A stretch of 64,000 nt of DNA from a virus (taxonomy: Duplodnaviria; Heunggongvirae; Uroviricota; Caudoviricetes), in IMG/VR virus record IMGVR_UViG_3300006155_000234; one strand, written 5' to 3'. A model generated the notes under the pieces. That model was given only the letters and a program-made list of their open reading frames with translations. It was not told where the DNA came from and did no database searches. Shown in pieces: positions 8,668-20,300 of the stretch; the first letter of the stretch is position 1, and each line of letters opens with the position of its first letter. Made by a program: the position numbers and the translations under genes.

Positions 8668-11028
8668 ATGAAAACAATTAGAGAAATAATTGATTTAATG
8701 GAAGCAGCTGAAGATTATAGTGATTTATATTCTGCTGCAAATGAAATTAAAGATTCATCTTTAAGAGAGGAGGTTTCAAGTGCAATAGCAGAGTACAAAG
8801 AATTAGATACACCAGTTGATGAGGCTTATTCTTGTGTAACTTCTGATTTACTAGACTTTTATATGTATGAAGATAATATAGAAAATTTAACAGAAAGTAA
8901 ATCAAAGAAAACAGAAGGAATTGATGACAAAGTATATGAAGTTGCAGATAAAGTAGCAGAAAAAATTAAAGGTACTGGTTCTGAAAGAGTTAGCATGGAA
9001 GAATTAGATGAAATAGTTTCAGATACATGTAAAGAATTAGGTGTAAAAGAATATGATGATTTAGATGCAGACATAAGAGGTATTTTGGCATATAAAGGCT
9101 TAGATACAGATTTTGAAACAGGTGAAATTATAGTAGTAACAGAAAATAAAAAAGTAACTGAAAAAAGAAAACTATCTCCAGAAGATGAAGCACATTTCAA
9201 CGATGAAATAGATAAAATAGCAAGACAAGAAATTGAAGATAAATTTAAAAATGATAAGAAAAAACCAGATGAGGAGGTTGAAAAAGAAATGGATAAAATA
9301 ACAGAGGGAAAAGACTTTAATACATCTGATATTTGTAAATGGGTAAAAGAATCAATTAAAGATTTAGTACAATCTGATGAAGGTTGTTGTGAATATAAAT
9401 TAGACGATGACTTATCAATATTCTGTGGTTGGTCAGATGGTTATGACCCAGAAGATAAGGATGGAATACACTCTAAAGAAAATCAATCATGGTGCTTAAA
9501 TATTGGTATTAAATGTAATCATGAATATATGAAAACAGATTTTGATTGGTTAAATGCACCATATAATGAAGAAACTGGGGAAGTGTGGGATACTAATATG
9601 ACATTAGATAAAGATGGAATTGATGAAACAGATGCTCAATGGTTAATTGAACAATATAAAGAAATTAGAGAAGCACTTGATAAAGGTGAAATTATTTTAG
9701 AAAACAAAGAGAAGAAAACAGAAGCAAGAGAAGAAGTAAGTTTTCCAGAAATTATAGAAATGATGGAAACTGCTGAAGATTATGCTGACTTATACAGTGC
9801 TTGTAGTTATATTAAAAATGAGAACATAAGAGTAGATGCCGAAATTTTAATAGGGGAATGTGAAGATGATGGGGATGATGTTGAAACTGCTTACTCTATT
9901 GTAACATCTGACATATTAGACCCATATTATAGTACAGAGAATGTACCTAGTCTAGTTGCAGTTGAAAGTAAGAAAGTAACTGAAAGTAATGGAATTGATA
10001 ATTCAGACGAAGAGGATTTAGCTACTATGTTATATGCAGAGGCAATGGATTATGCTTCATTTGATAGAGATGGTAAATGTACTGATTATGAAATACAAGA
10101 TTTAGAAGAAGTACAAGATTGGTATGATAGCTCTGTAACAGAAGAAACATATAACAAAGTTGTAGGTATAGTAAAAAATGTTATTGATAATATAAAATTC
10201 TATAATGATAGCGAAGGTACAGGAACATATATAGAATTAAATGATAATCATACACTTTGGGAAGTAGAAGCACCAAAAGAAGTAAGTAATGATGGAAGTT
10301 TTGATATGGTTTACTCTGATATTGTAAATGAAGCAGCAAATAAATTTCAAGAAGAAACAGATACTAAACTATTTTTAGTAGGTAGAATGGGAAGACATGC
10401 TTGTGTTGAAAATAATTTTACAAATGCTTCAAGATATAATGAATTACAAGAAGTGCAAGAAAAACTTGAAAAAGAGGTTATAGAAAAGGCAAATGCTTAT
10501 CTAAATGGAAACTTAGAAGAAGGTAAGAAAGTAACAGAAAGTGCTGGTAATTATTCCAATATTCTAAAATTTGCACAAGAATTACAAGGTGCATTAAGAA
10601 ATAATGGTTATAATGCAACATTTGAGGATGTTGGCGACGATGAGCAAATTGCTGCAACAGTAGAAAAAGATGGTGTAGAATTAGGAATTGGTATTTATTT
10701 AGGTGTAGAAGATGGTATGGGTGCTTATGGTTATGAAGAAGATACAATAGGTTTAGGTGGAGATTGTATGGGTGAAACTATATATCCATTATATGTAAAA
10801 GGTTGGGATTATGAAACAGGAACACCTTCTGGAAGCCCTATTGAAGGAAGAGAAGTATATGCTATGTTTAATGAAATAGATAAAACATCTGTTGAAGAAG
10901 TAGTAAGTATTGTAAACAAAACATTTGATGAAAGAGGACAACATGATAATGAGAAAAATTTACAAGTTAAAAAAGATACTCCTAATAAAGAATTTTATAA
11001 TTCAGACACAACAGAATTCATTGATTAG
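8668..11028 (+). CDS. Acidic multi-module protein; putative protease-processed internal head polyprotein
   Basis: Linkers LTESKSKKTEG, VTENKKVTE, ILENKEKKTEA, VESKKVTES, LEEGKKVTES; an internally duplicated ~65-aa module. Confidence 0.7.
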   Translation: MKTIREIIDLMEAAEDYSDLYSAANEIKDSSLREEVSSAIAEYKELDTPVDEAYSCVTSDLLDFYMYEDNIENLTESKSKKTEGIDDKVYEVADKVAEKIKGTGSERVSMEELDEIVSDTCKELGVKEYDDLDADIRGILAYKGLDTDFETGEIIVVTENKKVTEKRKLSPEDEAHFNDEIDKIARQEIEDKFKNDKKKPDEEVEKEMDKITEGKDFNTSDICKWVKESIKDLVQSDEGCCEYKLDDDLSIFCGWSDGYDPEDKDGIHSKENQSWCLNIGIKCNHEYMKTDFDWLNAPYNEETGEVWDTNMTLDKDGIDETDAQWLIEQYKEIREALDKGEIILENKEKKTEAREEVSFPEIIEMMETAEDYADLYSACSYIKNENIRVDAEILIGECEDDGDDVETAYSIVTSDILDPYYSTENVPSLVAVESKKVTESNGIDNSDEEDLATMLYAEAMDYASFDRDGKCTDYEIQDLEEVQDWYDSSVTEETYNKVVGIVKNVIDNIKFYNDSEGTGTYIELNDNHTLWEVEAPKEVSNDGSFDMVYSDIVNEAANKFQEETDTKLFLVGRMGRHACVENNFTNASRYNELQEVQEKLEKEVIEKANAYLNGNLEEGKKVTESAGNYSNILKFAQELQGALRNNGYNATFEDVGDDEQIAATVEKDGVELGIGIYLGVEDGMGAYGYEEDTIGLGGDCMGETIYPLYVKGWDYETGTPSGSPIEGREVYAMFNEIDKTSVEEVVSIVNKTFDERGQHDNEKNLQVKKDTPNKEFYNSDTTEFID

Positions 11029-11047
11029 AATATAGGGGGTATTTAAC

Positions 11048-11341
11048 ATGGCAAAGCAAATAATAGAAGTAAAACCTAGAATAAGATTATTGCTGAACGA
11101 TGTTGAGAATAAAGTCAGAAAAGCAAAAAATAGTAATGATTATTTATTAGTAAAGTTTGGTAGAAAAGGCGAGTTCATGAGAGTGGACTTCGCCAAAGAC
11201 CAAACTTATGGATTTAGTCATAATTTATATAATATGGAATTTATGACAAGATTGGGAATTATGGTTAGACAATATAAAGTATCAAATGTATTTAAGATTG
11301 CTGACTTTATATTTGATTGGGTTAATAGATTAAATAGATAA
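11048..11341 (+). CDS. Basic hypothetical protein
   Basis: ORF with GGGGG RBS. Confidence 0.7.
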   Translation: MAKQIIEVKPRIRLLLNDVENKVRKAKNSNDYLLVKFGRKGEFMRVDFAKDQTYGFSHNLYNMEFMTRLGIMVRQYKVSNVFKIADFIFDWVNRLNR

Positions 11342-11409
11342 TTACCAGAATTGATTTCTAGGGATTTTAATATACATAGGTAACAAATTATATAAGGAGG
11401 GACTTTAAA

Positions 11410-12939
11410 TTGGAAGAAAAAGAATTTAGAGTTAAAGATGTAATAAATCTAACACTTGATAGAATGAAACAAGAAGGTGTATATTTTGCAACTAAAGATG
11501 ACCAAGGATATGCAAGTGGAAAAGATTTATATAAATTAGATAAAGAAGGACTTATAGAAGAAAAAACTATTGATAGGATAGTAGAAGAGGTTATTTCTTA
11601 TATGGGTGATGGTGCTGCATACCTAATAGATGCTGTAAACCAATGGATAGAAGATGGAATTGTAGAAGGAAAAATTGGTTATGTAGATAATCTAAATATG
11701 GATTTTGATGATAATGCAATTATTGAAGGAAATTTAGATATATATAATGCAGTAATAGACCATGATTTAAAAACAGATGTAGAGCCTAAAGAAGAGGAAA
11801 TTTCAAAAGAAGCAGAAGAAGTAAAACCAGAAAAGAAAAAGAAAGCAGAGAAAAAAGATATATGTTATGAAGATGCCTATGATGTAGAAGGTAAAAGATA
11901 TAAAGTAACAGAAGGTAATGAATATAATACAGAGGAAGAGATTAAATCAAGGCTAAAAGAAATAAATAAACAACTTTCTTATATCAAAAGAAGAGATAAT
12001 GTATCTCTTTCAATAGGTTCAGAACAGGAACAAGCAGACCTATATGCTGAGAGAAATAAATTAAATGGAAAATTAAGAAAGATTAGAAATAAAAAAGTTG
12101 ATATAGCCAATATGTCAAGTGAAGAGCAAGAATCATTTAAAGCTAAACTTAAAGAATTAAATTTATGGGATGGAACAGAAGAAAACCTTCCTAGTGCAAT
12201 TCAAATATATAGAGCATATCACATGAACGAAAGTAAAAAAGTTGTAGAAGCTGTTTCTAAAAGTAGTCTAAAAGATGATTTAACAAAAAAGATAATCTCT
12301 TATATGGTAAGTGAAGGATTTGAAGAAGATGAGGCAGAAGATTATTTTATTGTAGAAACTAGGGAAAGTGAAAGTGGAGATTTAGTTGCAGAAGTAAGAG
12401 CAGAATTAGATTTTGATGGTTGTATGCAATTAGCAGAAATACTTGACCCTGTTGTTAGAAAGTATGATAAAGAAGCATATTTTGATGTGATTACAAATGG
12501 AATAATCCAAGCAGTAATTGAAATTGAAGCTGTAGGAAAAATATCTGAAAATTTTAAGAAAGCCCCTAAAGTTAAATCTAATAAAAAATCTCTAACTGAG
12601 GGGGCTAGAGAAAGATTAGATGAAAGAAATGAACAAAGTGCTGGTATTATTGAAAAAGCATTACAAGGTATAACAGACCAAACAAGTGAACAAGAAAGTG
12701 GAATAATAAATAAAACAAGTGAGTTATTTAACTCTTTATCTGATAGGGGTTACGATGTACAAGTAAGTTTTGATAATGGGGAAAGCACAAGCTCTATTTC
12801 AATAGGTCAACAAGGTGCAAATGTACTAATTACAATTACAGATGCAGAACAACCATTAAGAGCTTTTGCAAGTGGTAATTTTGAGATAAATGATGATAGT
12901 ATAAAAATGATAAAAAGCATTATGGAAGTTTTAAAATAA
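11410..12939 (+). CDS. Acidic multi-module protein with linkers
   Basis: TTG start after AAGGAGG; KVTEG, MNESKKVVEA, KKSLTEG. Confidence 0.7.
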   Translation: MEEKEFRVKDVINLTLDRMKQEGVYFATKDDQGYASGKDLYKLDKEGLIEEKTIDRIVEEVISYMGDGAAYLIDAVNQWIEDGIVEGKIGYVDNLNMDFDDNAIIEGNLDIYNAVIDHDLKTDVEPKEEEISKEAEEVKPEKKKKAEKKDICYEDAYDVEGKRYKVTEGNEYNTEEEIKSRLKEINKQLSYIKRRDNVSLSIGSEQEQADLYAERNKLNGKLRKIRNKKVDIANMSSEEQESFKAKLKELNLWDGTEENLPSAIQIYRAYHMNESKKVVEAVSKSSLKDDLTKKIISYMVSEGFEEDEAEDYFIVETRESESGDLVAEVRAELDFDGCMQLAEILDPVVRKYDKEAYFDVITNGIIQAVIEIEAVGKISENFKKAPKVKSNKKSLTEGARERLDERNEQSAGIIEKALQGITDQTSEQESGIINKTSELFNSLSDRGYDVQVSFDNGESTSSISIGQQGANVLITITDAEQPLRAFASGNFEINDDSIKMIKSIMEVLK

Positions 12940-13015
12940 ATTTTCAAAAATACTTGACATATTTTAAAACTTATAGTAATATACTATTACAGTAAATAAT
13001 TTGGAGGTATCAATT

Positions 13016-14365
13016 ATGAATATTGAAACAGACATAAATAAAATACATTTTCCATTATCAGAAGAAGACCAAATGACATACTATTATAAAACAGCAATGC
13101 TAGGACAGTCTATTCCTTTTGAAGTTTATAAAATAGGAAATAAGTATTTTGATGTATATGGAACAGAATTAGATAAAGATGGAAATAATTTAATAGAAAA
13201 GAAAACAGAGGCTAAAATAACAGATTATATATCAGAAGAAGAATTAGATACAGCAATTAAAAATAACCCAATATTAAACTTATATAAAGGTTATGAAGTT
13301 TTAGATGATATGTTTATACAAATGAATGGAAATATGAGTAACCCTATTTATAAAATATACAAAGATGAGGATAATAATAAATTTATGGCTTATGTATCTA
13401 ATAAATCTCAAGAAAAATTAGGAGATGAGTTCTTCTTATGTGAAGGAAAAAGTTTAACAGAAGATACAAATACTACAAGTATTCCTGTAATAAATAAGAT
13501 TATAGATGAATTTGAAAAACTATACAAAGAAACAGGTATCAATAAAGAAGATTTAGTAGATAATGGAGAAATCTATTATATGAATGGGAATATGGGTACT
13601 GATGGTGATTGGGAAACAAATGGACATATATCTTATTTTATGTCTTTCTATAAAAGTACAGAAAGAGGATTTGCTAAAATAGCAGTAGATGTTTCAGGTA
13701 ATATGTATGGTTGTTATTATTTGGAAGAAGGTAATGGTAAACCAAATAAAATAGAAGAGGTAAAAATATCCAATGAAAGTGAAATGTTAGAAGTTGCAGC
13801 ACTTTTATTTGAACAAACAGATGAAATGAGTTTATACAACGAACCAATAAATAAAATAGATTTAGATGCTAATATACAATCCCTAGAATATAGTTGGTTG
13901 TTAGGTGAAAATGATGAAGACTGGGATGACTACTATAATTATGAACATGAAGAAGATGAAGATGAAAATGACTGGGATGAAGAAGATGAATATTATGAGA
14001 GTTTTCATAAAAAACTACAAGAGGATAAGAATGATAATATAAATAAAGACGGCAGTATATTTGATGATGGGGATAGAGAAGTCTTTAATAAATTAAAAAA
14101 TCAAAAAGAAGAAAAAACAGTAAAAGACCTAATTCAAGATAGAATAGGGGAAGATATTACAGTAGGTGAATTAAATACAATTCTACAAAGTATATTTGGA
14201 AAATATGATGATATATTTTTACTACACAATGATTTATATAATGCAAGTACAGATGAATTACAAGATTTAGTTATATGGGACGACGATGATATGTACACAA
14301 TAACATTTAGTGTAGTTAATATAGAAGAAGGTATTATCGAAATTACAGATGTTAATGTAGAGTAG
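13016..14365 (+). CDS. Acidic multi-module protein with linkers
   Basis: GGAGG RBS; LIEKKTEA, GKSLTED, KKLQED. Confidence 0.7.
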   Translation: MNIETDINKIHFPLSEEDQMTYYYKTAMLGQSIPFEVYKIGNKYFDVYGTELDKDGNNLIEKKTEAKITDYISEEELDTAIKNNPILNLYKGYEVLDDMFIQMNGNMSNPIYKIYKDEDNNKFMAYVSNKSQEKLGDEFFLCEGKSLTEDTNTTSIPVINKIIDEFEKLYKETGINKEDLVDNGEIYYMNGNMGTDGDWETNGHISYFMSFYKSTERGFAKIAVDVSGNMYGCYYLEEGNGKPNKIEEVKISNESEMLEVAALLFEQTDEMSLYNEPINKIDLDANIQSLEYSWLLGENDEDWDDYYNYEHEEDEDENDWDEEDEYYESFHKKLQEDKNDNINKDGSIFDDGDREVFNKLKNQKEEKTVKDLIQDRIGEDITVGELNTILQSIFGKYDDIFLLHNDLYNASTDELQDLVIWDDDDMYTITFSVVNIEEGIIEITDVNVE

Positions 14366-14445
14366 AAAATAAATACAATAAGTTTTGAAAAATCCCTTGA
14401 CATATTTTAAAACTTATTGTATTATTCATATATAGGAGGTATAAA

Positions 14446-17250
14446 ATGAAATATTTAGATAGAAAACCTAGTGAATATATTGCAGATTTCAAGGACTTTT
14501 GCAAGGATTGGAATTTAGATGAAAATGATGACAATTCTATTGAGAAATACATAAATGAATTTACTAAATGGCATATTATGTTTAAAGGAATTGGTTATGT
14601 ACAAATGGAAGCAATGGAATTAGAAGATGTATTACTTAGCAAAGAAAGATATTCTTTAGAGGAAGATAAAAACAAAGAGGAGAATAATGAAGAAACATTA
14701 GACGAGATATTAGAAAGAGCAATATCTGAGGAAAAAGATGCAATAAATACCTATGATGACATACTAGAAAAAGTTGATAATAAAGGTTTAGAAGATATGA
14801 TTAAGGAAATTAAATCTGATGAGGAAGAACATCAAAAACTTTTAGAACATTATTTAGAAACTGGAGAAGCATTAGCTGATGATGAATTAGATAAACTAGA
14901 AAAAGAGAAGAAAACAGAAAATAAAAAACTAATTGAAAGCCATTTAGATGATTATTCATCTGAAAAAAGATACCAAGTAACTTATATATCTAAAGATGGG
15001 GAAGAAGATAAAGTAACCTATAAACCTACAAAGAATACTAATATTGCAGGTGTACAAAAAGAATTAGGTAATAAATATAAAGATTTCTTCAAACTAAAAG
15101 ATATACAAGAAATAGAAGGAGAGGTTGAGAATATGAAAAACGAAGATTTAGATTTATTAGATAGCGAGGAACTTATTGAAAAAGATACATTAACAGAAGC
15201 AACAAGTTTATCTGCTGGGGATGATAATAATACTGTAATTGTTAATAAAAATCAATATGGATATAATACTATTGCAATAATTATAGATGATACTAATAAA
15301 AGATTTCAATTAGTAACAGGGCAATCACTACCTACTGGGAAATATAGAAAAGCTTCAAAGAAAGCAATTAGACAAAAGGCAGAAGATTTAAAAACACAAG
15401 GATATGAGGAAATTAAAGGTGCAAATAGTTTAACAGAAAATAAAGAGGAAGCTGTTACAACTCAAAAAGGTACATTTGAAAAAGAAGAGTTAGATGCAAT
15501 GGAACAAGAGATGAAAGACGCTTTTAAAGATTACTGGAATAGTAGAATAAGTTTAGAAGATTTAGAAGCAGTTAAGGAGAAATTAGGAAAATATCTAACA
15601 AATGCACAGATAACAAATTGCCAAACAGAAGCAAGTTTAGAAGATAAAAAGGTAACTGAAAGTAAATCACCTTTATTTAGATTTAAAAATGGTGAAATAA
15701 ATAGAGGAGAATTTGATGAAATTGCAGATAAAGAATCTCCTGAATATAAATTTATGAACCACATGATTGACTGGGCAGAATATGATAAGTTAGCAGACCA
15801 TAATTCAGCAGATTATAAATATTTAAACAATGAGATTAATTTTGGTGAATATGCTAAATTAAATGAAAATGTTGAAAATAAAACAGAAGCATTTAGTGAT
15901 AGTGAAGAAAGAGATTTTGTAAGATATGGTAATTGTATAGCAAAACAAGACTATGCAGATAGAGATGTAGTAGGTTATATATTTTTTGAAAATAAAGAAG
16001 ATTATGAAAAAGGTATAACAGGTGATTATCAAGAATTTTCAAAACCATTTGAAAGAGAAGATATTATAAATCACATGAAAGATATATTTAGTAGTAATAA
16101 TGAAGAAGAAATATATTATTTACAAGATAGAATACTTGATTATGAAAAACATGGAATTGGGACTAAAAAAGAATATGAAAAGAATTTAGATAGATTACAA
16201 CAACTACAAAGTGGAGATATGTCCGAGAATAAGAAAATAACAGAAGATACTAAAAGAGATGATGTTACTGAATATGTTATATCTTTTGAAGATATGAATG
16301 ATGATGAATATTTTGAAGATAAAGAAGAAGCAGATAAAAGATTTGAGGAACTAAAATCAAATAAAGAATTAAATAAAGTTCATCAATATTATAGAAAAGA
16401 TTGGAATTGGGATGAGGAATCTGAATCATATATAGAAGGGTATGTAGAAGTATTTTATACAAATGGTGACCTTGTAGAAGAAAGTTTTGAGGATGAATTA
16501 GCAGATGCAAAAGCAGATAGTATAGAAAAAGGTTTATATACTGAAAGTGATGAAAGAGGATATTTACACATTGAATTTACAGATGGTAGTAATCCATATA
16601 TAAAATTTGTAGATAATAAAAAAGAATTAGATGCAGAAATTAAAAAATGGTCTAAAGAATTTAATATTGAAACTGTAAAAGATATGGGAAGTAAATTATT
16701 TGTAAAAGCAACACCTAAAAGAAAAGAACCAGATTTATTTGACCTTGACGAATTAGATGAAAGTGAAAAACTTATAGAAGGTGCTTCAAACTTTGAGGAA
16801 TTAAAAAATCAAATCATAGATGCCTATCATAGTGTATTACCTAATTGTGGTTGTACAGTAGAAAAAGGAGCATTAGGAAAAGATACATTCTTTGTAACAT
16901 TCTACTTAGCAAAAGATAATAGTGAATTTCCAAATAAAATAGCACAAAATGATTTATTCAATATATCTTTCTTTATAACACCAGATACTAGAGATATAAA
17001 TTTAGACGAACAATTACCAGAAACATTTAATTTAGAAGTAAATGGTAATACTATTTTGACTAAACCAGATAATCAATATATGGCTTATGGAAGTGTAAGA
17101 GTACCTTTAAGAAAGGTATCAGGTTCACCAGATAAGATAGTACAAACAATTACTAAATATGCTCAAAAAACTAAAGAAGTATTGGAAAAATTGGTAAATG
17201 ATGATAAGATACCAGAAGATAGAAAAGAATTAGTTATAAGTAAATTATAA
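14446..17250 (+). CDS. Acidic multi-module protein including a ferritin/rubrerythrin-like helix pair
   Basis: AISEEKDAINTY..EIKSDEEEHQKLL; linkers KKTENKKLIES, KKVTES, ENKKITED, EKLIEG. Confidence 0.72.
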   Translation: MKYLDRKPSEYIADFKDFCKDWNLDENDDNSIEKYINEFTKWHIMFKGIGYVQMEAMELEDVLLSKERYSLEEDKNKEENNEETLDEILERAISEEKDAINTYDDILEKVDNKGLEDMIKEIKSDEEEHQKLLEHYLETGEALADDELDKLEKEKKTENKKLIESHLDDYSSEKRYQVTYISKDGEEDKVTYKPTKNTNIAGVQKELGNKYKDFFKLKDIQEIEGEVENMKNEDLDLLDSEELIEKDTLTEATSLSAGDDNNTVIVNKNQYGYNTIAIIIDDTNKRFQLVTGQSLPTGKYRKASKKAIRQKAEDLKTQGYEEIKGANSLTENKEEAVTTQKGTFEKEELDAMEQEMKDAFKDYWNSRISLEDLEAVKEKLGKYLTNAQITNCQTEASLEDKKVTESKSPLFRFKNGEINRGEFDEIADKESPEYKFMNHMIDWAEYDKLADHNSADYKYLNNEINFGEYAKLNENVENKTEAFSDSEERDFVRYGNCIAKQDYADRDVVGYIFFENKEDYEKGITGDYQEFSKPFEREDIINHMKDIFSSNNEEEIYYLQDRILDYEKHGIGTKKEYEKNLDRLQQLQSGDMSENKKITEDTKRDDVTEYVISFEDMNDDEYFEDKEEADKRFEELKSNKELNKVHQYYRKDWNWDEESESYIEGYVEVFYTNGDLVEESFEDELADAKADSIEKGLYTESDERGYLHIEFTDGSNPYIKFVDNKKELDAEIKKWSKEFNIETVKDMGSKLFVKATPKRKEPDLFDLDELDESEKLIEGASNFEELKNQIIDAYHSVLPNCGCTVEKGALGKDTFFVTFYLAKDNSEFPNKIAQNDLFNISFFITPDTRDINLDEQLPETFNLEVNGNTILTKPDNQYMAYGSVRVPLRKVSGSPDKIVQTITKYAQKTKEVLEKLVNDDKIPEDRKELVISKL

Positions 17251-17316
17251 TAAAATATTAATGAGGGGCTGGATAATAGTATTTACCCAGCCTATTTTAA
17301 TAAAGGAGGCATTACA

Positions 17317-20300
17317 TTGAATAGGTTAAATGAGGCATTAGAAGTGCATGATGATTTAAATCCAGTATTATGGGATGATATGGAATTAAAAGATGATGTT
17401 AAATCAAAATTATTAGAAATTGCAAATACTTTTATTGAAGGATTAGATTTTCCTATAAATGTCGCTGACATAAGATTTTTAGGCTCAAATGCAAGTTATA
17501 ATTATAATGAACATTCTGATATAGATTTACATATTATAACTAATTTTGATTTAATTTATGTGGATAAAGATATATTACAACAATTATATAATGCAAGTAA
17601 GAATAGTTTTAATAATAATCACGATATAACTATAAAAGGTATCCCAGTTGAACTTTATATTGAAGATATGAATAGTATGAATGCTACAAATGGTTCTTAT
17701 AGTTTATTAAATGACGAGTGGATAAAGGTTCCAGAGCCAATCAATTATGATATACCAGATTACTCTGAGGATTTACAGGAAATGATTAATGAAGTGGAAG
17801 AGGTATTATTATCTACCGATAAAGAAGAAGTTGAAGAATTGATAAATAGAATTTATTTAGGTAGAAAAGATGGTTTGGCAGAAGATGGAGAAGCAAGTAT
17901 AGGAAATCTTGTATTCAAAGAATTAAGAAATATGGATTTAATTGAGAAATTAAAAAATAGATTTAATGAACTAGAAAGTGTAGAGTTGACACTTGAAAAT
18001 AAATTAGAAGAAGATTTAGAAGATACTCAAGAGAACAGTGATTTGATAACACAAAAAGAAATTGAGTATAGAGAGTATATAGATACTCATATTGAAAATG
18101 TCAAAAAGGCTTATGATAGGATAGTAAAACAATATGCAGAAGATTATTTAACTGCAAATCAAATAAAGCAACTAGAGGATAATCTAAGTAAACATGATGA
18201 AGATAAAAATATACCTTCTATATTTGACACATATAGAAGAAATCACTACCCAATAAATGATGAAGAGAAAGAAGCAGCAGAAGAAGATTATGACATTGCA
18301 TGGCATTATCATAAGACACACAATCCACATCATTGGGAATATTGGTTGAATAGTGCTGAGGAATTTGCACAAGATATAGATGAAGATGCAATGAAATTAG
18401 CATATTTTGAAATGTTATGTGATTGGTTGTCTTTTGGGTTTAGAAAAGAAGAAACATCTGCAACTGGAGAATCAACTGAATTTAAAGTATGGTATGGTGA
18501 GGCAAAAAAGAATATAAAAATACACCCACAATTACAGAATTGGTTTAATAAAATTGTTGAAGATATTATGAGTTTTATTGATGAAAATAAAGACACACTA
18601 TACACAGAAAATAAAAAACACTTGACAAAAGTTGAAAGTTGTAGTATAATTAATGAGGAAAATGTAGATGTTAATAATAGAAAGGTAGGTGAAAATGAAA
18701 TGACAGAGGTAGATAAACAAAAAGAATTAAAAAGAATGCAAGAATGGGTAAATACAATACTTGAGGGAAGAAAATTAGAAGAAAGCTCAATGAGCAAAGT
18801 TGCAGAATATATATCACATTATCAAGTTGGATTTATAACTGCATTTAGACAAGGAAATACTAAATCAACAAATCAAGATAGAAACCATGATTTAAAACTT
18901 GATATTATACAAGACTTAAATAAAACTAAATTATCCTATATAAAAGTTGATGGCACTTATCCAGAAACTAAACTTGATAAAGATGGAAATCCTATTGATG
19001 GAGAGTTTATACAAATATTTGAAGAAACTTTTGCAATAATAAATGACCAATATGATTCAAATGATTTTATTAAGATAATGTCTAATCTATGTGGAAAGTA
19101 TGACCAAGATAGTGTTTTAATAGTATTCCCACCAACAAATAGCCAAAAGAAAATTGAAGATAATGTAACTGCAGCAGAGTATAATAAAGATGGTAAACAA
19201 GTTGCAACATATAAAGGATTTACTGTTAGTGTATATGATAAATATAAAGATAAGAATACAGATATTGAAGAATACTATACAAAAGTTGGAAATAAGAAAT
19301 TAAGTTTCACAAATAGACAAGAAGTATCTGAAAGTATTGATAAAGAACCCAAATTCGATATATATACTTATAGACTAAAGAAACAAGGTAATTTAGGTGG
19401 TATGTTAGAAGCACAAAGAAAACATTATTTTGTTGAAGCTTTATTAAAAGAGTATAGTAAGGAGAAATTACAAGAAATGAATTATACAGAATACAAAGAA
19501 AAAGAAGATTTTACTTATGACTTTGAAGTAGAAGTACCATTAAAACTAACACAAGAAAGTGATTTAGATACTATCGAAGATAAACAAGGTAATGATATAG
19601 AAATGGATATTGATTATGATAGCTTATATGATTCTTTTGTAGATGCAGAAGAGATAATAAAAGAACTATTCAATGATGAAGACTATTTAAAAGAAATCTT
19701 CCCAAATGTAGGAAGAGGAAGGGTATATCCAGAATTAGTTTATATTGAAGAAGATAGTATGAAATTAAATATAGGATTTAGTGATGTAGTTGACCCTGTA
19801 GAAAAAGGAAATGACATACATTTAGATGAGAAAGAAATTAAATCTCAAATCAAAGACCTTGTAGAATCTGTTATAGATAATATAGGTTATATAGATGCTA
19901 AGCAATCTTATGAAGAATATTCTGGTTATACAGATGAAGATGGTGACCCAATATACGATACAGAATATTCAGATGAAAGTATATTATTTAGAATAGAATT
20001 AAATGGGGAAATAAAGATACAATCATTAGTAACTAAAGTAACAGAGAATAAGAAATTAGAAGAATCTAATTTAAGTAGAATATTTAATCATTATAAGAAT
20101 GACCCATTTATAGTAATTAGTGCTGAAAGAACACCAGAAAAAGATGAAACAGAAGAACAAGCAAAGCAAAAAAATAAAAAAAATACACTATCATTAAAGA
20201 ATGATATTAGAAGTGCAGGATTTGGTTATATTCCAGTTGACGGTGGCTGGAAAGAAGATGGTATTGTATCAACTGAAGCATCATTCTTTATCCCAAAGCC

